NCBI GenBank assembly: GCA_022710085.1
Contig: JAKLHP010000001.1
Location: 1-31,647 of the forward strand
DNA: 31,647 nt
Source of the DNA: Patescibacteria group bacterium
Lineage (GTDB): Bacteria > Patescibacteriota > Minisyncoccia > Moranbacterales > JAKLHP01
Direction: 5' to 3'
The position numbers and the translations under genes were made by a program. Below the pieces are notes generated by a model, which did not search any database, was not told the origin of the DNA, and saw only the letters and a list, made by a program, of their open reading frames with translations. This document shows positions 1 to 7,324 of the stretch, in pieces (within the stretch, counting starts at the first letter, position 1; the number at the start of each line of letters is the position of its first letter).

Positions 1-2878
1 AAGCCCATTCTTCTCCGCTGCCGGATCGGGTGTAGATAGTTAGAAGTTTTCCGTTATAGCTGGGTTGGACGGCCAAGGTGACGGTAACCGCTTGGGAGAA
101 AGTCAGTCCTTGGCTGGGGATTCCTACTTCGATGGCTCCTTTGGAGTTGGAGTTTTCTTGGCTGATGGTGGTGGAGATGTCAGTAGCCGTGAGGTTGGTG
201 ATATTCATGGTTCCTCCTGAGGTAGGGGTGATGATGGTGTCTTTCGGGATATATATAGAGGAATCGTTGGATTGTAAGGTGTAATTGATTTCAATCGTAG
301 CTTGGCTAGCGGCACTGGCAGTATCTTCTTCGGTATTAATGATTCCCAAAGTATAGTCTTCGTTTATCTTGGTGGAATCAGGATCGGTGACAGTTTTGTT
401 TTTGAGGATGGTGAAACTCTTGGAAATTGATTGTTCTCCGTTGTCCACTGTTACTGTGTAGGATCCTTCGACGGTGACGGCGGTGCCGGAAGTGAACGGA
501 TTACCATTGAGAGTAGCGTCTCCGTTAGCAGTGATAGGAGTGACGTCATCGAAGTAGAGATGTCCATCTTCGAAGCCGGAGATGGTAGGAGGAGCAGAAT
601 CGGTATAGGTTACGGTTACATCTGAAAGGGTGGGGGTATATACTCCATCACTGGAAGCAAGATAAGCTTTGTATTGGAAATATTGGTCGTTAGATCCTGA
701 AGTAAACATCGATGGCATATCTTCAGTTCCAGTAGAGGAAGTAAAATAGTTTGAAGTGGTTCCATCCGGTCCCACAAAACTGGTCCATGTGGAATTATTG
801 GAAGAAGTCCTGATTTGGAATTTGACGTCGGTATTGGAAGGAAGGGTTTCGTTCCATTCAATCTTTCTCAGCCTGCTTTCTGTAAAGGTAGTATTGTATA
901 CATTGGAAGTAAGTGTTGAAGATGTCGGATAGGCATTGTAGTTTATAGTAACGTCGTTTAAAGTCGGATTGTAGCTTGAACTTGTGGTAGCTAATCTGGC
1001 TTCATATTGAATATATCTGTTTCCATTTAACGAAGAGAGGCTCGCTCCGCTCGAAACATCGGTCAGCCAGCTGGTCCAAGTTCCATCCGGGGTAGCAGTG
1101 TTTCCGGCGCGGACATCCATAGTTAGATTAGTATATGTTGGAGTGGTAGCTGAATAATTAAAAGTATTGAAATCAGTTTCTTTATAAGTATCTATGACTG
1201 CGGAGGTATAGGTACCGGTGGCGGCTCCGCCGTATATATATAGATTACCGACTGATGGCGCATTATATTGTCTGGTAAGTGTCGCTTGATACCAAAGATA
1301 ACGGTCACTGGTACTGGAACAACTTGAGGTTACATTAACAGTCAAATAATTTAATGCGGTAACTGAAGCATTACAAGTACCGCTATCGAATGACGGAGGA
1401 TTAGTACCGTCGGATGAAGTTTTAACCTTAAAACTAACTGTTCCATTGTTTGCAACAAGGCCTATTGAAAGAGATTTTCCTGTCCAAGCATAATCCTTTG
1501 AAAATCCGGCATCCAGCCGGTCAGTATAGGTTCCAGTGGTGTACGGATCAGAGGAAACCGATATTTTTATAAGATTATTCGTACTGCTCACAGGCACCCA
1601 AACTGAATTAGTAGCCGAATCAAACGCGATTCCATAGGAAGTTCCCCCAACATAATAATCTTGCTTGGTTCCGTCATTTACATTAATCTTTGTCGCAAAA
1701 ACATAATCAGTCGCCCAAATAGAACCTGTGGCAGAATCAAAAACAATTCCACTATTTCCATTTGAAGGAATTGCATACTCTGATTTTGTGCCATCGTTAA
1801 CATTAATTTTACTGATGTGTATATTGGAATTATTGATTCCAGTTGCCCAAATCGAATTGGTAATTGAATCAAAAGCCAGACCATAGACACTCAGATTCGC
1901 ATCATAAATATTTTCCACTGCGCCTGTAGTAGCATCCACTTGAGTGATATTGTTGGCAGTTGAACTTCCTAACCACATTGATTCCGTGGCTGAATCGTAA
2001 GCGATACCAAGATTGTTTGTGCCAACGCCAGTAGAAGTCGTGGTAACACCTGTATGAACATTTATTATCCCGACTGTCGAGGTATTATTTATAACCCAAA
2101 CCGTTTCGGTTATGGGATTATAGGCAAGATATCGAGGGCTTGAAATGGTTGGGATTGTGGTTTTTGCTCCGGTTTCTGGATTAATCTTGGTAACACTTGA
2201 TCCTCCATTGTTAGCCACCCAGATTGAATTGGTTTCAGATTCAAAAATGATTCCATAAGGATAAGAGACGGAGTAATCAGTCCTTTCTCCGGTGCTTATA
2301 TTAAATTTACTAATTGAACTGGAATTTACATTATTAGTTACCCAGATCGAATTGGTATATGAATCAAAGGCAGCACTATAAGGACCCGTACCGGTACTGT
2401 AAGTGGCATCTCCTGGATTTTTAAGCTGAAAACTTCCTCCATCTGAGGAAGATTCTGTATTGTATTTTGTTCCGTTCCAATTGTCTGTCTGAGATAAATA
2501 TGCAGAAGGACTTGTCAAAGTAACACTGTTGGAGCTTGTTTTGGTATTGGAAGTGTAAGTTCCGGTGTTAAAATCAGCATCGGTTGTTTGGGTAGCTGAA
2601 ACACCACTGATGCTCGATTCCACATCCGCTCCTCCATTGGCAACAACCACAGCTGAATCTTTGGCTGAATATTCGCTCCATCCAGTCTGGTTATCTGTAT
2701 TGTTACCGATATTAGAGGTTTGTCCTCCACTCCAAGAGGTTTGCGCAAAAGTAAACTCAGCTCCCTGAGCAACCCGAGAATCAGAAAAGACTCCGGAGAG
2801 AAGAACTCCGATAGTAATTATAACTAAAGCTTTTAATTTGTTCTTTTGATTTCGCACTTTTTTATTTTTGCTTCTCAA
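1..2878 (-). CDS. Large exported/surface protein, truncated at the left window edge: N-terminal hydrophobic signal, 7-bladed beta-propeller (YVTN/NHL/Vgb-like), three related beta-rich modules, Thr/Ser-rich Ig-like C-terminal part
   Basis: Manual translation gives an uninterrupted frame from TTG 2878 (alternative GTG 2857; in-frame TAA at 2885-2887 upstream) to base 1, 959 codons. Starts LRSKNKKVRNQKNKLKALVIITIGVLLSGVF. Seven repeats of type AFDSxTNSIWV at ~1555-2405. Absent from the ORF track because it has no stop in the window. Confidence 0.9.
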   Translation of the reverse strand, partial: MRSKNKKVRNQKNKLKALVIITIGVLLSGVFSDSRVAQGAEFTFAQTSWSGGQTSNIGNNTDNQTGWSEYSAKDSAVVVANGGADVESSISGVSATQTTDADFNTGTYTSNTKTSSNSVTLTSPSAYLSQTDNWNGTKYNTESSSDGGSFQLKNPGDATYSTGTGPYSAAFDSYTNSIWVTNNVNSSSISKFNISTGERTDYSVSYPYGIIFESETNSIWVANNGGSSVTKINPETGAKTTIPTISSPRYLAYNPITETVWVINNTSTVGIINVHTGVTTTSTGVGTNNLGIAYDSATESMWLGSSTANNITQVDATTGAVENIYDANLSVYGLAFDSITNSIWATGINNSNIHISKINVNDGTKSEYAIPSNGNSGIVFDSATGSIWATDYVFATKINVNDGTKQDYYVGGTSYGIAFDSATNSVWVPVSSTNNLIKISVSSDPYTTGTYTDRLDAGFSKDYAWTGKSLSIGLVANNGTVSFKVKTSSDGTNPPSFDSGTCNASVTALNYLTVNVTSSCSSTSDRYLWYQATLTRQYNAPSVGNLYIYGGAATGTYTSAVIDTYKETDFNTFNYSATTPTYTNLTMDVRAGNTATPDGTWTSWLTDVSSGASLSSLNGNRYIQYEARLATTSSSYNPTLNDVTINYNAYPTSSTLTSNVYNTTFTESRLRKIEWNETLPSNTDVKFQIRTSSNNSTWTSFVGPDGTTSNYFTSSTGTEDMPSMFTSGSNDQYFQYKAYLASSDGVYTPTLSDVTVTYTDSAPPTISGFEDGHLYFDDVTPITANGDATLNGNPFTSGTAVTVEGSYTVTVDNGEQSISKSFTILKNKTVTDPDSTKINEDYTLGIINTEEDTASAASQATIEINYTLQSNDSSIYIPKDTIITPTSGGTMNITNLTATDISTTISQENSNSKGAIEVGIPSQGLTFSQAVTVTLAVQPSYNGKLLTIYTRSGSGEEWA

Positions 2879-2900
2879 GGAGAGTTAATTTTAAATTTAA

Positions 2901-2937
2901 GATACAAAAAAACGGGCCCTTCACCCGCTTTGATATC
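2901..2937 (-). terminator. Terminator-like hairpin inside the 5' leader of the surface-protein gene
   Basis: Minus strand AAAGCGGG-TGAAGGG-CCCGT-TTTTTT, between the promoter (2980-3008) and the start codon (2878). Confidence 0.6.
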
Positions 2938-2979
2938 TTATATTCGCCTTTTGCAAGACTTACAGACTTATATAGGTTA

Positions 2980-3008
2980 ATTATACACTATAAAAAGAAA
3001 AAAGTCAA
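2980..3008 (-). promoter_or_regulatory. sigma70-type promoter of the surface-protein gene
   Basis: TTGACT (3008-3003), 17 nt, TATAAT (2985-2980). Confidence 0.8.
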
Positions 3009-3111
3009 CTGTTTCCTCTCAAACGAAAATTATTTAAGTTTTTCACCACCTTTTTAGATTTTTCTTTATTTTATGGTTAATGTTTAGGCTTATTTAAAGA
3101 AAATTCAGTTA

Positions 3112-3140
3112 TTGACATATTCCCTAAAAAGGTGTATATT
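3112..3140 (+). promoter_or_regulatory. sigma70-type promoter of the 138-aa gene
   Basis: TTGACA (3112-3117), 17 nt, TATATT (3135-3140); AGGAGG SD before ATG 3193. Confidence 0.8.
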
Positions 3141-3192
3141 TTAAAGTTGCATAAATAAAACAAATCCCCAATAGGGAAAAGGAGGAAGTATA

Positions 3193-3609
3193 ATGAAACG
3201 GTTCTTTATGATAATGATAGCAATGGTCGCCATGGTCCTGATGGTCCTGTTGACCTCCGGTTCGTCTTTCGCCACCGAAGACACACTCAAAGTGTTAATC
3301 GAAAACTACGGAAACAATGCCATTATTCAGACATATCACCTAAACCAGGTGATAACCGAAGCCATAATTGAGGATTTCTACGGCGAGGAAGACATCTCAC
3401 GCAGGACTTTCAAAAAAACCGCAGATCTTGTAAGGAAGTTATTCAAAATTCCGGGAGTTTCAAGAATAACGCTTTCCGACCGATATGAAATCACCCTACA
3501 AAAGGGAAAGTTATTCGATTGGAAAAGCATACGCCCTGAAGTGACATCGGTTTTGAAAAATCATTTCAGAGCTAAAAAACTGGTTATTGAGGAGAAATCC
3601 TACAAATAA
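3193..3609 (+). CDS. Signal-peptide/anchor protein with a C-terminal Nfu/NifU-N-like domain
   Basis: 138 aa; N-terminus MKR followed by a hydrophobic run ending SSFA. LFKIPGVSRITL...EITLQKGKLFDWKSIRPEVTSVLKNHF resembles the Nfu_N (PF08712) pattern by eye. Own promoter, SD and terminator. Confidence 0.7.
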   Translation: MKRFFMIMIAMVAMVLMVLLTSGSSFATEDTLKVLIENYGNNAIIQTYHLNQVITEAIIEDFYGEEDISRRTFKKTADLVRKLFKIPGVSRITLSDRYEITLQKGKLFDWKSIRPEVTSVLKNHFRAKKLVIEEKSYK

Positions 3610-3628
3610 CCAAACGTCGCGATCAGAG

Positions 3629-3668
3629 AGCCGCTCACGAACAATAAAGTGAGTGGCTTTTTCTTTTC
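3629..3668 (+). terminator. Intrinsic terminator
   Basis: AGCCGCTCAC-10 nt-GTGAGTGGCT followed by a T-rich run. Confidence 0.75.
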
Positions 3669-3735
3669 ATAAATTCTTATAAAAAAACCCGCTTTGGGGC
3701 TGAATTCAAAAGCTAATCACTATCTTAGCATCGAG

Positions 3736-5133
3736 CTATTTCAAACTATTCACCGATTCTCGGAATTTGTCTCCCCGATCGAATTCATTGAGAAATAAGC
3801 CAAAGCTAGCCGCTCCTGGAGAAAGAATAACCACATCATTTTTAGTGGCCATTTTTTCCGCTTCCAAAACTGCTTTTTCCATTGAATCAACAATTGGAAT
3901 TTCTCCGAACTTCCCATTAATATCATTCTTTTTTATTTCATTGATAAGTTTATCTGTCGCACTACCCTTTAGAAGAACTAATTTTTTGGCTTTTTCTGAA
4001 ATTTCCTTTCCAAAATTTGAGAAATCAAGTCCCTTATCTTCTCCTCCGGCAACAAGTATAATGGAACCTGGAAAACAGCTCAGGGAAGAAATTGCAGCAT
4101 CAGGAATAGTTGCTGCCGTATCGTTATAATATTTTACGCCATTAAGCTCTCTCACAAATTCCAGCCTATGAGGAGTTCCGGAAAAATTGGAAATTCCCTT
4201 TTTAATTTCTTCGATTTTAACTCCAAAAACATAACTGGCTCCGATTGCCGCCATAACATTGCAAAGATTATGTTTTCCCAGGATCTTTATTTCCTTTATA
4301 TCAATAACCTTTTTGATATCCACTCCGTTGTTAAGATATATTGCATCATTTTCCACGAAAACTGAATTATCTTCTTTTGAGTCTTTGGGAGAAAATTTGA
4401 AAAGCTGGGATTTCGTTTCGGAAATAATTTCTTTCATCTCTTTGTCGTTGCCATTGATAACCAGCCAGTCCTCCGGCTTTTGATAAAGGAAAATGTTTTT
4501 CTTGTCTGCAATATAAAAATCCATCGTCTTATAATAATTCAGGTGATCTCTAAGGATATTGGTAATAACCGCTATTTTTGGACTTATTCTTTCTTTTTTA
4601 AGCGCTGATAATCGCCAGCTGGAAAGTTCAAAGACAATTACTGAATCCTTTTCGAGTTTTTCGAGCTTATCCAAAACCGAAGTCTGTCCGATGCCTACTT
4701 TCACCGGTTTTCTTCCGGCTGTTTTTAATATTTCAAATATTAATGTGGCTGTTGTCGTTTTTCCTTTCGTTCCGGTTATTCCAATAATCGGATTTTTGCA
4801 AAGTTTGAAAAACAGGCTGGAATCCATTTCCACAGGAATTTTATTTTCTAAAGCTAGTTTGACGTGAGGATTATCCCAGTGAACTGACGGATTTTTAATA
4901 ACCATGTCGGTTTTCAGAAAATCTTCCTTCCGATGCTGGCCTAAAACATATTCGATATTATCCAGGCCTTTGAGTTTTTGAAGAGATGTCTCCAGTTTTT
5001 CCCTGCTCTTAATATCAGTTACCAATATCTTAGCGCCTTGATTCACCAAAAACTTAACAATGCCCACGCCTCCGCCATGAAGACCTAGACCTAAGACAGT
5101 AATTTTTTTATCTTTAAAGTAAGAAAAATCCAT
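3736..5133 (-). CDS. murD: UDP-N-acetylmuramoyl-L-alanine--D-glutamate ligase
   Basis: GLGLHGG N-terminal motif, GITGTKGKTTT P-loop, ELSSWRL, NILRDHLNYY, HRLEFV, YYNDTAAT, LSPGAASFGLFLNEFDRGDKF. Confidence 0.95.
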   Translation of the reverse strand: MDFSYFKDKKITVLGLGLHGGGVGIVKFLVNQGAKILVTDIKSREKLETSLQKLKGLDNIEYVLGQHRKEDFLKTDMVIKNPSVHWDNPHVKLALENKIPVEMDSSLFFKLCKNPIIGITGTKGKTTTATLIFEILKTAGRKPVKVGIGQTSVLDKLEKLEKDSVIVFELSSWRLSALKKERISPKIAVITNILRDHLNYYKTMDFYIADKKNIFLYQKPEDWLVINGNDKEMKEIISETKSQLFKFSPKDSKEDNSVFVENDAIYLNNGVDIKKVIDIKEIKILGKHNLCNVMAAIGASYVFGVKIEEIKKGISNFSGTPHRLEFVRELNGVKYYNDTAATIPDAAISSLSCFPGSIILVAGGEDKGLDFSNFGKEISEKAKKLVLLKGSATDKLINEIKKNDINGKFGEIPIVDSMEKAVLEAEKMATKNDVVILSPGAASFGLFLNEFDRGDKFRESVNSLK

Positions 5134-5142
5134 AAAAAAATA

Positions 5143-6732
5143 TTAAAACAATAGAGAATTTCTGCTTCTCAGAACTTCTCCGTTTCTTTGTCCGTTGTGC
5201 TTTCCGTTTTCCAAAACAATTCCGCCATTCACAATTACCCAGCCAATCCCCTTTGAATATTGATAAGGATTATCAGGAGTGGCCAGATCCTCGATTGTCT
5301 TAGGATTAAAAACTACCAAGTCCGCAAAGTTTCCATTCTTAATAGTTCCTCTTTTTTTAATACTATATTTCTCAGCCGGCTTTCCGGTCATCTTGTTAAT
5401 CGCCTCTTCCCAACTCAAAATATTTCTTTTTCTGACATAGCTGGAAAGAATTCTGGGAAAGGATCCGAAATTTCTGGGATGCACCAATTCTCCACTGCTC
5501 TTATGATTAAGATTATATCCGGAACCATTGCTGGAAATTATTGAAAGTGGATGAGCGATAGATCGGGAAACATTTTTTTCACTTAAGACTTCCATCATGG
5601 TGATAACCCTTCCTTCGCTGGCTATCAAAATATCAATAATAGCTTCTTCTACTGATTTGTCTTGAGCCACAGCTATTTCAACAATATTTTTCCTGCTGAG
5701 AGTTTTGTTAAGAGGAGAGATTGAAATAACAACTTTTGAATAATCGCTTCTGTCCTCTCTCATTTCTTTAATAAGCTTCTTTTTAATTACCGGATCCTTG
5801 AGCCTGTGTATCATCATCTTTTTTCCTCCTTCTGCCACCCAATCGGGAAGAAGGACATATAAGACCGAACCTGTTACCGTATAAGGATAAACATCAAAAT
5901 TAATATTAATTCCGTCCGCATTGGCTTTTTCAATCATCTTTATCGCTTTTTCCATAAGGGGCCAGCTTTTTTTTCCGATTGCCTTGAGATGAGAGATTTG
6001 CAAGTTGACTTTGGATTCTTTGGCAATTTCTATAGCTTCCTTTACGGCTTCAATAAGTTCTTCCGATTCTCCTCTGACGTGAGTCGCATAAACCCCATTA
6101 TATTTCTTCACAATCTTGGCCATTCTAACAATCTCTTCTTTGGAGGCAAGTCTGGCATGCGTGTAAACAAGCCCGGTGGAAAAACCGAAAGCGCCTTCTT
6201 TGAAAGATTTCTCCAATATTTTTTCCATCGTCTTAAGTTCTCCAGCTTTCAAGCTCCTGGCTTCATCCCCCAAAAATCCCCTTCGAAGCGTTGCATGGCC
6301 GACCAGAGTTGCAAAATTAACTGATATTTTTTTTCTTTCTAACTCATCTAAAAATTCTTTCATCGAAAGCCAGTTTAGATTTACCAGCCGAATGTCTGTC
6401 CACTTTTGAATTGTCTGAATAATATTTTTGTTAACAAGAGGCGCTAAAGAGGATCCACAGTTTCCTCCGATAATAGTAGTTATCCCCTGATGAATAAGAC
6501 TTTCGAGATTGGGATTAAGAAAAATCCTCCAATAAGTATCTGAATGGTTATTGACATCAATAAAACCAGGGGTGACATACTGGCCCTGGGCATTTATAAT
6601 AATATCCGCTTTTTCATTTCGAAGATCTCCTATTCCTTTTATCTTTTTTTCCTTAACTCCAATATCTCCAATGAACATTTTTTTGCCAGTTCCATCGATG
6701 ATTGTTCCGTTTTTGATGATAATATCGTACAT
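5143..6732 (-). CDS. N-acyl-D-amino-acid deacylase (D-aminoacylase)-like amidohydrolase with altered metal/catalytic motifs
   Basis: IKNGTIIDGTG, PGFIDVNNHSD, GNCG, THVRGE, ISHLK, HPRNFGSFPR, KMTGKPA, ADLVVFNP; 9 nt upstream of murD on the same strand. Confidence 0.85.
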   Translation of the reverse strand: MYDIIIKNGTIIDGTGKKMFIGDIGVKEKKIKGIGDLRNEKADIIINAQGQYVTPGFIDVNNHSDTYWRIFLNPNLESLIHQGITTIIGGNCGSSLAPLVNKNIIQTIQKWTDIRLVNLNWLSMKEFLDELERKKISVNFATLVGHATLRRGFLGDEARSLKAGELKTMEKILEKSFKEGAFGFSTGLVYTHARLASKEEIVRMAKIVKKYNGVYATHVRGESEELIEAVKEAIEIAKESKVNLQISHLKAIGKKSWPLMEKAIKMIEKANADGININFDVYPYTVTGSVLYVLLPDWVAEGGKKMMIHRLKDPVIKKKLIKEMREDRSDYSKVVISISPLNKTLSRKNIVEIAVAQDKSVEEAIIDILIASEGRVITMMEVLSEKNVSRSIAHPLSIISSNGSGYNLNHKSSGELVHPRNFGSFPRILSSYVRKRNILSWEEAINKMTGKPAEKYSIKKRGTIKNGNFADLVVFNPKTIEDLATPDNPYQYSKGIGWVIVNGGIVLENGKHNGQRNGEVLRSRNSLLF

Positions 6733-6813
6733 GATTATATTTTAAACTTTTAGAAATCTTTTAGCAAATGAAAAATTTGCTAAATATTTTATAAAATGTA
6801 ATATTTTATTAAT

Positions 6814-6884
6814 GGGGATATAGTAAAACGGTATTACGCAGCATTCGCATTGCTGAAGTCCGGGTTCGATTCCCGGTATCTCCA
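6814..6884 (+). tRNA. tRNA-Ala(CGC)
   Basis: Acceptor GGGGATA/TATCTCC with G3:U70 and A73; D stem GTAA/TTAC; anticodon arm CAGCA-TTCGCAT-TGCTG; T arm CCGGG-TTCGATT-CCCGG; no encoded CCA. Confidence 0.9.
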
Positions 6885-6924
6885 CTATTAAATAATTCAA
6901 GCCAAGTTATGGAAACGCAAAATT

Positions 6925-6948
6925 AAAATCCCCTTAAAGGGGATTTTT
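6925..6948. terminator. Bidirectional terminator between convergent tRNAs
   Basis: AAAATCCCC-TTAAA-GGGGATTTT flanked by A/T runs. Confidence 0.75.
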
Positions 6949-6952
6949 AATG

Positions 6953-7026
6953 TGGGCGTACCAAGATTCGAACTTGGGACCTCGTCATTATCAGTGACGC
7001 GCTCTAACCAACTGAGCTATACGCCC
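6953..7026 (-). tRNA. tRNA-Ile(GAT)
   Basis: GGGCGTA...TACGCCC-A; anticodon arm CGTCA-CTGATAA-TGACG; T loop TTCGAAT; no encoded CCA. Confidence 0.97.
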
Positions 7027-7040
7027 TCTCTCTGTTCGTG

Positions 7041-7113
7041 TGGACTGTACCGGAATCGAACCGGTCACCTCCGCAGTGCAAATGCGGCGCTCTACCAAAT
7101 GAGCTAACAGCCC
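7041..7113 (-). tRNA. tRNA-Ala(TGC)
   Basis: GGGCTGT...ACAGTCC-A with G3:U70; anticodon arm CCGCA-TTTGCAC-TGCGG; no encoded CCA. Confidence 0.97.
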
Positions 7114-7242
7114 GAGTAAATTAATTTATTGCAATAAGTGCATATGCGGCATTCGGGCTCTGTCTGCCTTTGGCAAAATTTAACCATAGACCCAATTATA
7201 TCAGCAACCGCTTGATAATACAACAGCAACACAAACAAAAAT

Positions 7243-7270
7243 ATTATACCTTAAAAAAATATTTTGTCCA
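7243..7270 (-). promoter_or_regulatory. Probable promoter of the tRNA-Ala/tRNA-Ile unit
   Basis: TGGACA, 16 nt, TATAAT (7248-7243), just downstream of the beta-CASP gene terminator. Confidence 0.55.
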
Positions 7271-7285
7271 CTATTTGTCCGATTT

Positions 7286-7320
7286 AAAAGGGGTCTTAGT
7301 TTTTCAACCAAGACCCCTTT
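7286..7320. terminator. Terminator of the beta-CASP gene
   Basis: AAAGGGGTCTT...AAGACCCCTTT inverted repeat directly after the stop at 7325. Confidence 0.8.
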
Positions 7321-7324
7321 CAAT

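Noticed and set aside
78-2772. Short ORFs 78-284, 431-625, 616-861, 1678-1890, 2515-2772, 2565-2768
   Set aside because: Shadow frames of the long minus-strand surface-protein ORF that covers 1-2878.
2923-3696. Shared 10-mer ACCCGCTTTG at 2923-2932 and 3687-3696
   Set aside because: Both lie in unrelated terminator-like hairpins; too short to support a repeat or target-site duplication.
6900-7320. rRNA operon spacer suggested by the Ile/Ala tRNA pair
   Set aside because: No 16S, 23S or 5S sequence on either side; the flanks are protein genes and terminators.
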